A stretch of DNA of 32,000 nt from an uncultured Enterobacterales bacterium (GCA_964501915.1 CAZCVP010000034.1:1-32000); one strand, 5' to 3'. Positions 16,182-25,482 are shown, numbered from the stretch's first letter. Numbers and translations are program-made. Notes: generated by a model not told the origin, from the sequence alone.

Positions 16182-19100
16182 TCAGCCCGACTCGGGCCCC
16201 CGATCCGTCAGCGCGTCCGCCTCCTCGTCCCGCCCCAACCCCCGGAGCTGCTGCTCGGCGAGGGCGAAGGCCGCGGTGGCCCGCTCCTCGTGGAGACCCT
16301 GCCGCGCCACCTCGCCGGCCCGACGGGCGAGCCTCGCCATGTCCGGTCCGACGAAGCCCGAGCGCGCCAGGGCCCGCCTCGCCGCCAGGAAGTGCCGGTC
16401 CCAGGACCGCCAGTCGGCCTCCATGCCGTGACAGATCGCCAGCCCCAGATCGACCCCGGACATCAGCGCGTGCCCCGGGTCGACGCCCTGCTGCCTCCAG
16501 CCCAGCTCGAGCTGCTCCCGCATCGCCACGAAGTCGCCTCGCTCCAGGTCGATCATCACCAGGTTCAGGCGGCTCACCAGCACGTCGAGGGGACGATCCA
16601 GCGAAGCGAAGAGGTCGAGGGCCGCGCGGTAGCGCCGGATGGCCTCGTCGAGCTCCCCCCGCAGGCGGGCCACCTCGCCGAGCTGGGTGAGGCACTTGGC
16701 CGCCAGGGCCCGGTAGCCCAGGCGACGCGCGACCCCGAGGCCTTCCAGGGCGTGGTGCAGCGTCGTGTCGAGCTCCCGCCGGCGCCAGGCCACGGTCGCG
16801 CACTCGTGGTGGGCACCGACCTGTCGGGCCGGCAGGTTCGCCTCCGTCGCCAGCCGCAGCGCCTCCTGCCCGTGGGACCAGGCCTCGTCGAAGCGACCGA
16901 GGAACTTGTAGCTCTGGCTGAGGTTGATGTGGTTCTGTGCCTCGGCGTCCCGGTCCCCCACCGACGTGAAGAGGGCACCCGCCTCCTGGTAGAGGCACAG
17001 GGCCGAGCTCAGCTCCCCCTGGCGGTAGGCCATGCGGGCCCGCAGCGCTCGGACCTGGGCCCGGGTGTGGGCCCAGTCGTAGCGCTCGACGTCCTCCTCG
17101 ATCCGGTCCAGCATCTCCTCGACCGAGCTCTCCTCGTGGGACCAGGTGGCGAGCTGGGCACGGGTCACGGCCAGCTCGCCCCAGAGGGGCTCCGACGGGG
17201 GCCAGCCCAGCGCGTCGAGGACCTCTTCGGCCTCCTCGACCAGGCACAGGGCCCGTCGGGACTCGCCTCGCTCGACCCGCCAGTGGAGCGCCTCGAGCAG
17301 GGGCGTCAACGCCTCGGCGGACAGGCCCGCGCTGCGGAGGTGGCGAGATCGGCGCTCGGCGACGGCGGCCCCCCCCCGACCCTCGAGCAGCTCCGCGCAC
17401 CCCTGGTGCAGGGTCGTCGCGCGACCGTCCAGGGCCGCGAGGACCTCGATGGTCTCTCGCAGCATGCCGTGCGAGAAGGCGAAGCCCTCCTTGGGGCGCA
17501 CGCGCACCAGGAGCTGGGCCTCCAGGGCCTGCAGCAGACCCCGACTGGCGGTCACGCCGAGCCGCCGGCAGAGGGCGACCCACTCCTCCCGGACCACCTC
17601 CTGCCCGAGCACGGCCGCGGCCTGCAGGGCGATCCGGTCTTCGCCCGGTCGCGTCGACAGCAGGTGCTCGACGCGCTCCGCCCAGACCTCGCCCAGGGCC
17701 TGGGGGAGGACCGGCGAAGCCTCCGGCCCCAGGTCGAAGCCCTCGGGGGTCCCCACGAGCAGGCCGCGCCAGGCCCAGTCCCGCACGAGCTGGACGGCGA
17801 ACAGGGGGTTGCCTGCGGTGCGCTCCTCGACGCGGGTGGCGAGCTCCGGGCGCAGACAGAGGAGCTGTCGCACCAGGGCCCGGGAGGCCTCGCGCCCCAG
17901 GGGGCCCAGCGCCACGCGACGGGCTTCGGGACGGCGACCGAGCGCCGAGATCAGCTCCAGCACCGCGGGCCGCTGGGCCAGCGCCTCGTCCCGCACCGTC
18001 AGGACCACCAGGGTCGGACAGGGGGGAGCGCCCTCACGGAGCAGGAAGTCGACGCAGGCCAGGGCATCGAGGCCCCACTGGGCGTCGTCCACCCAGAGCA
18101 CGACCGGGCGCGTACAGCCGCGCCGACCGAGGTGGCGCTCCAGGACCCCGTAGCGCTCGCGGGCGCTGCCGAAGGCCACACCCACCCGGTCCTCGGGCGC
18201 CCCCATGAACGCAGCCAGGGCCGCTGCTTCATCGACCGGCCAGGCCCGCCACCGGCGCGCAGTCGGTCCTCGAGGTGCTCGATCAGCGCCTCGCCGTCCA
18301 GCCCCAGGCAGCGCAGGGACCGGGCCAGCATCGGGCCGAGGCCGTCGGCACCTCCGCCGCCGGGACCGTGGACGGCCTGGAGGACCTCGGCTGCGCCGGT
18401 CTCGTGGGCCCGCTCCGTGAGCCAGCGCGCCAGCCGGCTCTTGCCGACCCCGCTGGGGCCGTGGAGCACGCACAGCCGGGCCTGTCCGCTGTGGCCCGCG
18501 TCGACGAGGGACTCCCAGAGGACCTCGCGCTGCGCCTCGCGGGCCACCAGGGGCACCACCCGGTAGCGACACAGCTCCAGGCCGGTCCCCGCCAGCCAGG
18601 TACCGTCCACCGGTGCCCCTCCACGCCAGGAGGGCGGCATCGGGGCTGGCGCCGGAGGCACGGGCGGCGCCGCCTCCCAGTCCACCCTCAGGGCGCCAGG
18701 GAGGGTGCGCAGGGCCGCCGCCGCATCGGCCGCCCGCTGGTAGCGGGTGCCCGGGTCCTTCCTCAGCAGCAGTCCGAGCCAGTCGCCCAGCCCGCCGGGC
18801 ACCTCGAGGTCCGGGGGCAGGGCCGGTAGCGGTGCCTGGAGATGAGCGTCGAGGATCCCGCCCGGGTCGGCGCGCCGGTAGGGGGCCGCGCCGGTGACCA
18901 TCGCCCAGGCCACGCACCCCACCGCGTAGAGATCCGTCCACGGCCCGAAGGCCCGCCACTCCCCCCGGATCTGCTCCGGGGCCATGTAGCTGGGCGTCCC
19001 GGCGGTGCGCATCGCGCCCGGGCCACGCTCCTCGCGGTTCCCCAGGTGGGCGAGCCCGAAGTCGGCCAGCACCAGGTCCCCGTCCAGTCGAGCCAGCAGC

Positions 19101-19543
19101 AGGTTCGACGGCTTCACGTCCCGGTGAACGATGTTCCGGGCGTGAGCATGGGCCAGGGCCTCCAGGAGCTGCAGCAACAGGGTCCGACAGCGAGGCCAGT
19201 CGAGCCTCCCGAGCAGCTTGCGGAGGTTGGTCGCGAGGCGATCCATCACCAGGTAGGGCGCACCGGCGGGAAGGAGGCCGTCGCTCTGGTCGCACACCGC
19301 CTGGGGCACCTCTCCGTGGTCCCGGATGCGCACGATGTGCGGATGGGAGAGCGCGGCGATCGCTCGGACCTCCGTGTCGAAGGCCGCGCGGTAGACCTCG
19401 TCGCGGGCCGCAGCGACCGTGAGCACCTTGATCGCCACTGGCAATTGGTGGTCCCGGTGGCGACCGCCCCAGACGTGGGCCATGCCTCCGCGGCCAAAGG
19501 GACGGTCCAGCTCGAATGGGCCCAGTGTGGGCATGCGGAGCAC
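16182..19543 (-). pseudogene. Ser/Thr protein kinase fused to an AAA/STAND ATPase and TPR repeats. The reading frame is broken by a single frameshift near 18240-18260, which is either a genuine pseudogene or an assembly indel.
   Basis: Frame A (ORF 17999..19543) carries the kinase motifs GRGGMAHVW, AIKVL, HRDVKPSNLLL, ADFGLA and SYMAPEQ. The Walker A GPSGVGKSRLA follows, and the frame stays credible through GLDGEALIEHLEDRLRA. Frame B (ORF 16182..19700) becomes credible only from WPVDEAAALAAFMGAPEDRV. It then carries Walker B VVLWVDDAQWG, NPLFAVQLV and TPR-like repeats up to the stop at 16182. The part of frame B upstream of ~18260 is Arg/Pro/Gly junk. Confidence 0.75.
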
Positions 19544-19756
19544 CCAGGTGGTCTCGGGGGAGAGCGGACTCTATCGGGCCCCGGCCGAACCCGGAGATCG
19601 TCCCGGCCGGGAGCGAGGAGGGCGGAGCCGCATGGCTTCCGGGCGGCGGAATCGTCAAGGAACGGCGGTCACAGGCGCTGTGCCGGGAGTTTCTTGACAC
19701 GCCTGGCGGGTCGCTCGGCCCTCGACACGACTCGTCTGGGGGGAGGCTGTCTCACT

Positions 19757-19971
19757 CACGTTGGGCGGTGCCAGCGGCGTCTGTGGCACCCCAGGCGCGC
19801 ACAGAACGGGTTGGCGCCGTGCCAACGGCGTCTGTGGCACCCCAGGCGCGCGCAGATCGGGTTGGCGCCGTGCCAACGGCGTCTGTGGCACCCCAGGCGC
19901 GCACAGAACGGGTTGGCGCCGTGCCAGCGGCGTCTGTGGCACCCCAGGCGCGCACAGAACGGGTTGGCGCA
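19757..19971. repeat. Tandem array of four 51-bp units, with unit starts at 19768, 19819, 19870 and 19921, plus a degenerate partial copy at 19757-19767.
   Basis: The unit is gtgccaGcggcgtctgtggcaccccaggcgcgcacagaacgggttggcgcc. Units 1 and 4 are identical apart from the final base (unit 4 diverges from the consensus at 19971). Unit 3 differs at 1 position and unit 2 at 3 positions. Each unit contains the dyad GTGCCA-N10-TGGCAC. The array lies in the 464-bp gap between the stop of the 20008..21399(-) gene and the start of the kinase gene (19543, -). Confidence 0.9.
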
Positions 19972-20007
19972 GGGGGTGCGGGCGCTGCAGGCGTTCCCTC
20001 GGACGCC

Positions 20008-21399
20008 CTACCGGGCGCCCTCGGGCCCGCCGTAGACCCCCATGTCGCTCCGAGAGCCGTCGGGATCGCTCCACTCCGGGACTCCGGCGTCGATGGCCGG
20101 GCTGCCGGCCACCAGGTGGAGGTCCGAAGCGGAGGGATCGTCGTGGTTCAGGTCCTCGAAGCCGGGCTCGGCCTCCAGGCTACCCTCGGCCTCGAGCACC
20201 ACGAGGTCCTCGGGCGGCCGATCGGGGCCGCAGCCGTCGTGCACGAGCCGCCGGCAGTCCTCGCAGGTCGCCCCCCAGGAGAGGTTGTGGCTGACCTCAA
20301 GGTCCTGGACCAGCGCCAGCGCGATGTCGAGGTCGTAGAAGACGTTGTTGCGCAGGCTCAGCAGGCCGGTGGTCTTCTGACCGCAGACTGGCTCCTGCTC
20401 GATGCGGATGGAGCCCCCGAGCAGCACGTTGTTGTGCAGCGACACCTCCACGTCCTCGGGCAGCGAGCCGCTGTCGCTGACCAGGAGCGAACCGGCGCTC
20501 CACAGCAGGCTGTTGCGGATGGCCAGCTCGGCACCGTCGGAGTCCCGGAGATCCACCAGGGCGTCGGGACCGCTGAGGATGGCTCGCACGATCTCCACCT
20601 CGACCCCCGCGTCCAGCAGGCTCGAAGCGATCACCACGCCGCCCAGCTCGATGTCCTCCACACTGACGTAGGTGGTGCCCCCGGTGCCGCCCCTCACGGT
20701 CAGCACCCCGTCGAGCACCGTCTGGCTCAGGTACACGTCCACCCGATCCCGACCCTCGGTCTCGGGGCGCACGTCGACGGAGGACAGGACGCTGCCCGAG
20801 ATGTCGGTCGCCGCGGTCAGCACGAGCGAGCCGCTCCCGGCCACCACGTCCACGAGCACGCCGTGGCCCTCCATCTCCAGCTTGTCCGCGGCCGTCACCG
20901 CCACCAGCTCGACCTCTTCGAAGGCCCGCACGGTCCCGGCCTCGACCGACTCCGCTCGACTGTCCCGCACCGTGAAGCGCTCGGAGACGACCGCCACGAC
21001 CTCGGACTGGCGGGCGCTCACCTTGCCCTCCACCACCACGTCGCGCAGCACCGAGTTCCTCAGCGACATCTCGCCGTCCAGGACCAGGATCGGCGGGTCG
21101 GCGGGGTCCTCCCCCCGCATCAGGGTGTCGTTCTTGAGGTGCAGATCCCCCACGACCTCGTAGGTGCCGGGGGCCAGGATGATCTCGATGCCCGTCTCCC
21201 GCGCGGCCTGCTTGACGAGGTAGCCGAGGTTGGCGCACTCGCCGGGCACCTCGACCCGAAGGTCGAAGAAGGCCCCCGCACAGGCATCGGGCGTGATCCC
21301 GGTGGTGTCCTCCCCCGTGCAGCCGACCAGCAGCCCCACCAGCAGGCCGGGCATCACGAGCTCCCCGAAGTCTCGACCGCGCCCAATCATCCTGTTCAT
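20008..21399 (-). CDS. Right-handed parallel beta-helix repeat lipoprotein.
   Basis: The signal/lipobox is MNRMIGRGRDFGELVMPGLLVGLLVGC. The body has repetitive beta-helix-style segments (N/S/V/L-rich 20-25-aa rungs such as LRNSVLRDVVVEG and IRNSLLWSAGSLLVS). The C-terminal DPDGSRSDMGVYGGPEGA is typical of this class. Confidence 0.75.
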   Translation of the reverse strand: MNRMIGRGRDFGELVMPGLLVGLLVGCTGEDTTGITPDACAGAFFDLRVEVPGECANLGYLVKQAARETGIEIILAPGTYEVVGDLHLKNDTLMRGEDPADPPILVLDGEMSLRNSVLRDVVVEGKVSARQSEVVAVVSERFTVRDSRAESVEAGTVRAFEEVELVAVTAADKLEMEGHGVLVDVVAGSGSLVLTAATDISGSVLSSVDVRPETEGRDRVDVYLSQTVLDGVLTVRGGTGGTTYVSVEDIELGGVVIASSLLDAGVEVEIVRAILSGPDALVDLRDSDGAELAIRNSLLWSAGSLLVSDSGSLPEDVEVSLHNNVLLGGSIRIEQEPVCGQKTTGLLSLRNNVFYDLDIALALVQDLEVSHNLSWGATCEDCRRLVHDGCGPDRPPEDLVVLEAEGSLEAEPGFEDLNHDDPSASDLHLVAGSPAIDAGVPEWSDPDGSRSDMGVYGGPEGAR

Positions 21400-21455
21400 C
21401 CCGTGGACCGGCGCGGAGTATCGCCCGCCGGAGGACCGCGCTAAGGAGTAAGACC

Positions 21456-23222
21456 ATGTCGGCCTGGATCCTCCTCTACGCAGCCTGCTCGGGCGATGTG
21501 ACCCCCTGCGAAGGCGGCGGCGAGCCCGTCGACAGCGCCTGCCCGGAGACCACGAGCTCCACCGAGGACTCGGACAGCGGTGACACCAGCACCATCGACA
21601 GCCGCGATCCGGCCCTGCCCCCCCTGGCGCCCGAGCCCGAACCCCTCACCTTCCCGGAGACCGTCGGCAACCTGACCATCGCCGTGCGCACGGCCGACAC
21701 GACCTACGCCGGCACCGACGACAACACCCTCTCCCTCTGCCTGAACGAGACCGCCTGCTGGTCCCTCGATGTCGAGGACGTCGACGACTTCCGGGTCGGG
21801 GAGCTCGACGTCCACCACTTCGAGGAGCTCGCCCTGCCCCGGGCCAGCGTGGACCGGGTCGAGCTCCGATCGATCGACGGCCAGGACCAGTGGCGACCCG
21901 AGTGCCTCTCGGTCCAATTCGATGGCCAGCCGGTCTACTGCGCCGACGGCCTGAGCGAGCTGAAGTTCGGCATCGAGGACGACGAGCTCTCTTCCTGGAC
22001 GGACCCCGAGGGACTGCACCTCGGCTGCTCGAGCTGCTACGAGCGAGCCGTGACCCACGGCCCGATGCTCGGGGCCCTGGAGCCGCACCTGGCCCGGATC
22101 TGGATCCGCTCCGAGGCCACGCGTCGCCTGGGGCTACGCCTGGCTCTCACCTCCGACGCGCTGGAGACCGAGGGGGTGGTCGCCTGGCAGGACCCCTCGC
22201 CGGAGCGCGACTACACCGCCGTCTTCGAGGTGCCCGGCCTCACGCCCGACACCCTCTACCACGCCGCTGTCGAGGTGAACGGGCTGCTGGACGGGACCTC
22301 CACCACCTCTTTTGTGACCCCGCCGCTGGAGGGCACCCGCGGCGACACCACCTTCTCCTTCGGCTCCTGCACGCGCGACGACGACCAGCCGATCTTCGAC
22401 GAGATCGCCGCGGACGACCCGGACCTCTTCCTCTTCGTCGGCGACAACCACTACGCCAACACCGAAGACCTCAACAGCCTGCGCTGGTTCTACCGGTGGG
22501 GACTGGAGGTCCCGGAGCGGGCGGCCCTGCTCCGCGACACCGTCACCCTCGCCACCTGGGACGACCACGACTTCGTCGGCAACAACACCGACGGCACGGA
22601 CTCCGGCGGGGAGACCGCCCTGCGGGCCTTCACCGAGTACTGGGCCCACCGCTCCTACGGCACCGAGGAGGCGCCCGGCGTCTTCCACACCTACAGCTGG
22701 CGTGACCTGGACTTCTTCCTGGTCGACGACCGCACCTACCGGGGCATCGAGGACAGCCTGCTGGGCGAGGCCCAGACCACCTGGCTGCTCGACGCCCTGG
22801 AGGCCTCCACCGCGACCTTCAAGTTCATCGTCTGCGGCAGCCAGTGGACGCCAGACGGAAGCTCCGACTCCTGGGCGGCCTTCCCCGATGCCCGCGCCGC
22901 GCTGATGCAGGGCCTCGTGGACCGCGGCATCGACGGCGTGGTGCTCATGAGCGGCGACGTGCACCGCTCCGAGTTCCTGTGGCGGGAGAACCCCGGCGGC
23001 CACGACCTGCTCGAGCTGACCAGCTCACCGCTCGCCAACACCAACGCCGGCTGCACCAGCCCCGAGGGCCAGCTCTTCTGCCACGATGACGGCAACTACT
23101 ACGTGCGGGTGGACCTCTCGACCGACGGCGACGACCCCTGGTTCGTGGCGTCCATCGTCGACGAGGCCGGCAACGACCTGGACTCGGTGATCGTGCACCG
23201 CACGGAGCTGGACCTGCCCTGA
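21456..23222 (+). CDS. PhoD-family alkaline phosphatase/phosphodiesterase lipoprotein with an N-terminal PLAT/LH2-like beta-sandwich domain.
   Basis: AAGGAG at 21443-21448 lies upstream of the ATG. The lipobox-like N-terminus is MSAWILLYAAC. The PLAT-like segment is LTIAVRTADTTYAGTDDNTLSLCL...FRVGELDVHHFE...VELRSIDGQDQWRPECLSVQFDG. PhoD/metallophosphatase motifs are FSFGSC, FVGDNHYAN, WDDHDF and SGDVHRSE. Confidence 0.85.
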   Translation: MSAWILLYAACSGDVTPCEGGGEPVDSACPETTSSTEDSDSGDTSTIDSRDPALPPLAPEPEPLTFPETVGNLTIAVRTADTTYAGTDDNTLSLCLNETACWSLDVEDVDDFRVGELDVHHFEELALPRASVDRVELRSIDGQDQWRPECLSVQFDGQPVYCADGLSELKFGIEDDELSSWTDPEGLHLGCSSCYERAVTHGPMLGALEPHLARIWIRSEATRRLGLRLALTSDALETEGVVAWQDPSPERDYTAVFEVPGLTPDTLYHAAVEVNGLLDGTSTTSFVTPPLEGTRGDTTFSFGSCTRDDDQPIFDEIAADDPDLFLFVGDNHYANTEDLNSLRWFYRWGLEVPERAALLRDTVTLATWDDHDFVGNNTDGTDSGGETALRAFTEYWAHRSYGTEEAPGVFHTYSWRDLDFFLVDDRTYRGIEDSLLGEAQTTWLLDALEASTATFKFIVCGSQWTPDGSSDSWAAFPDARAALMQGLVDRGIDGVVLMSGDVHRSEFLWRENPGGHDLLELTSSPLANTNAGCTSPEGQLFCHDDGNYYVRVDLSTDGDDPWFVASIVDEAGNDLDSVIVHRTELDLP

Positions 23223-23231
23223 TCGAGGTCC

Positions 23232-24542
23232 CTACAGCCCCTCGGCCGCCAGCCGTCGCGCCTCGTCCAGGTAGAAGGCCCGGTGGTCGAAGGCCTCGAC
23301 GATGCCGGCGATCTGGCCCACCTCGTCGAAGTGGTCCGCCGGGAACTCGCCGCGGAAGTCGCCCCAGACGGCGGACTCCACGGGCACCATGCCGTCGTTG
23401 TCCCCCGCCAGGAGCGCGTTGAGCCAGAAGCTGGTGCCGAGGAAGGGGGTGACGATCTCCCCGCCCCAGCTCGCCTGGCAGTCCCAGTCCAACAGGCTGC
23501 AGGAGTGGCCCGCCCAGGAGGTGTAGATCACGCCCGCCACGTCGGGCACGTCCTGGTTGAAGGCGGCCAGGGCCTCGGTCGTGAGGTCGGCGAGCTGGTC
23601 CTCGGCGGCGGCGTCCCCCAGGCCCAGCCAGCCCATCAGCTCCGTCAGCACCGCGTCCACCGTGGCGGTGTCGACGCCCGCGACCTCGTAGAGGCCCAGC
23701 GCCACGTCGGCGACCGGCGTGCCGTGATGGGGGGTCGAGACCGTGGTCACCGACACGACGCGGTCGCTGCCCAGGGCGCTGGCCACCAAGCGGGCGTCCA
23801 GGCCACCCTGGCTGTGGCCGATGAGGTTGAAGCGACGGCCCAGGCCCTCGGCCACCAGGGCGTCGATGTGGTCCATCCACTGGTCCGACCGTCCGGCGAT
23901 GCCCGCCACGCCGTCGACGGCCGGGTTGGCCGAGGCATAGCCCCGCTCCGCCAGTGTCTCGGGGATGTCGTAGAAGTAGGTCAGGACGTCGAGGTAGGCG
24001 TCGGTGCCGCCGGCGCCGTGCATCAGCAGGACCGGGTAGCGCGTGTACTCCAGGTCACACCCCTCGAAGCAGCCCAGGTCGAGCCCGTAGGCGTGGGCGG
24101 GGGCCTGGGGGTCGGCGGGCTCCAGCCGGACGAAGTGCTCGCCCGTCGCGCCCAGGGTCACCCTCACCGAGTCCAGCGGCTCCATGACCCGCTGCTCGAG
24201 CACCGGCCGGCCCAGCAGGTCCACCACCTCGACGGTGGGGGGCTGTGGGTGGTCCCAGTGCACCAGGGTGAGCACCAGGGTCTGGCCCCCGGCGCCGGCG
24301 AGGGCGTGGACGGGGGCGATGCAGCGGTCGCGTACCGCCTCCACCTGGCCCTCCTGGGCCAGGAAGGCCCCCTCGACCCGGGGCAGGGTGCCGGCCGCCG
24401 TGGTGACGCAGCGGAAGGCGGCGTGCTCGGCCGGGGCCGTGGTCTCCGAGTCCACCGGGTCGACCAAGGCCTGCCCGTCGAGGACCACGACGCCGCTGGT
24501 GCAGGCCGCGAGCCCCCAGATCGAGGGAAGGGCGGGGAGCAT
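23232..24542 (-). CDS. Secreted alpha/beta-hydrolase, triacylglycerol-lipase-like lipoprotein.
   Basis: The lipobox is MLPALPSIWGLAAC. The oxyanion-region motif is YPVLLMHGAGG and the nucleophile elbow is NLIGHSQGGLDAR, followed by STPHHGTPVAD. The gene is convergent with the PhoD-like gene, with a 9-bp gap. Confidence 0.8.
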   Translation of the reverse strand: MLPALPSIWGLAACTSGVVVLDGQALVDPVDSETTAPAEHAAFRCVTTAAGTLPRVEGAFLAQEGQVEAVRDRCIAPVHALAGAGGQTLVLTLVHWDHPQPPTVEVVDLLGRPVLEQRVMEPLDSVRVTLGATGEHFVRLEPADPQAPAHAYGLDLGCFEGCDLEYTRYPVLLMHGAGGTDAYLDVLTYFYDIPETLAERGYASANPAVDGVAGIAGRSDQWMDHIDALVAEGLGRRFNLIGHSQGGLDARLVASALGSDRVVSVTTVSTPHHGTPVADVALGLYEVAGVDTATVDAVLTELMGWLGLGDAAAEDQLADLTTEALAAFNQDVPDVAGVIYTSWAGHSCSLLDWDCQASWGGEIVTPFLGTSFWLNALLAGDNDGMVPVESAVWGDFRGEFPADHFDEVGQIAGIVEAFDHRAFYLDEARRLAAEGL

Positions 24543-24594
24543 GTCGCGGATACTACAGCAGGTCCCGACACTCTGGAGCGCTTCGAGCGCCGCT

Positions 24595-25482
24595 CTACAG
24601 GTCCTCGGGCACCAGGGTGATCGGATCCCCCTCCTCCTCGTCCGCGATCAGCGGCCCGAGTCCGAGGCCCACCTCGTCGACCCGACCGATGAGCACGCTG
24701 ATGTTGTCATCGGATCCGGCGGCGATGGCCCGCTCCATCAACGCCGTCGCCGCGGCCTGGGGGTTGTGCCGCTCGACGAGCACATCGTTGATGCGGTCGT
24801 CGGACACGAAGCCACAGAGACCATCGGAGCAGAGCAGGAAGCGGTCTCCGACCACGAGTCGCATCCGCCCCGTGTCGAGGCCCGGATCGATCCGGATCTT
24901 GTCGTCGTCGCCGATGCCGCGGGAGCCGTAGACGAAGTTCTGGGCGAGGTAGCCCGCGTCCGGGCCCAGCGTGCGCCCGTCCCGGCGCGCGAACTCCCCC
25001 CGGGTGTGGTCGCGGGTCAGGCAGCGAAGCTGGCCGTCCCGCCAGAAGTAGAGCCGGGAGTCCCCGACGTGGGCCCAGAGCAGCTCGCTGTCGAGCACCC
25101 AGGCGCTGGTCAGGGTGGTGCCCATGCGCACGGGACCGTGCTCAGCGGCCTTCCGCCGCAGTCGGCGGTGGCAGGTGAGCACGTGGTCTCGAAGCACGTT
25201 CTCCGGGTCCTCGGAACCCGGCTCCCTGGCGGCCAGGCGGGACATGGCCTGCACGGCCGCGGTGCTCGCGAGGTCGCCGTCCCGGTGACCCCCCATGCCG
25301 TCGGCCACCGCGATCAGCACCCCGCAGGTCTCCGCCTCCTTGACCTCTTCGGCGTCACCCTTGCGGTAGCGGACCTGGCTACCGCGGCAGACGAGGTAGT
25401 TGTCCTCGTTGCGCGAGCGACCGCCTCGCTCTGTCCCGATTCCGGTGGTGCACACGACCCCGATGGTCAGCCGATCCGGCAC
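24595..25482 (-). CDS. PP2C-family Ser/Thr protein phosphatase.
   Basis: The PP2C motifs RSRNEDNYLV, IAVADGMGGHRDGDLAS, FLLCSDGL and AGSDDNISVL are present. Confidence 0.9.
   Translation of the reverse strand: MPDRLTIGVVCTTGIGTERGGRSRNEDNYLVCRGSQVRYRKGDAEEVKEAETCGVLIAVADGMGGHRDGDLASTAAVQAMSRLAAREPGSEDPENVLRDHVLTCHRRLRRKAAEHGPVRMGTTLTSAWVLDSELLWAHVGDSRLYFWRDGQLRCLTRDHTRGEFARRDGRTLGPDAGYLAQNFVYGSRGIGDDDKIRIDPGLDTGRMRLVVGDRFLLCSDGLCGFVSDDRINDVLVERHNPQAAATALMERAIAAGSDDNISVLIGRVDEVGLGLGPLIADEEEGDPITLVPEDL

Noticed and set aside
19694-19699. A perfect TTGACA hexamer on the plus strand in the kinase upstream region.
   Set aside because: No acceptable -10 hexamer lies 16-18 bp downstream, and no plus-strand gene follows for 1.7 kb. 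An isolated hexamer match is expected by chance.
18260-19700. The 5' part of the 1172-aa ORF 16182..19700(-), which would give a single uninterrupted protein.
   Set aside because: Upstream of ~18260 this frame translates to junk (MSRNSRHSACDRRSLTIPPPGSHAAPP...RRGAPGG...). The kinase motifs (HRDVKPSN, DFG, APE) sit in the other frame (17999..19543). The long ORF is therefore a chimera of a spurious 5' part and a real 3' part.
19757-19971. The possibility that either tandem array (51-bp units here, 62-bp units at 30160-30352) is a CRISPR array.
   Set aside because: The units are contiguous, with no unique spacer sequences between repeats. There are only 3-4 copies, no cas genes in the window, and the unit lengths and structure do not fit a repeat-spacer organisation.
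19752-20294. Repeat-peptide ORFs across the 51-bp array, for example 19752..19955(-) with RAWGATDA(A/V)GTAPTRS(V/A) x4, 19761..20294(+), and 19655..20074(-).
   Set aside because: Because 51 is a multiple of 3, all frames are trivially periodic and open. None has a convincing start or RBS. Two run into the neighbouring gene in the wrong frame, and their compositions are wrong-frame-like. I keep this as a caveat in the repeat finding rather than calling a CDS.
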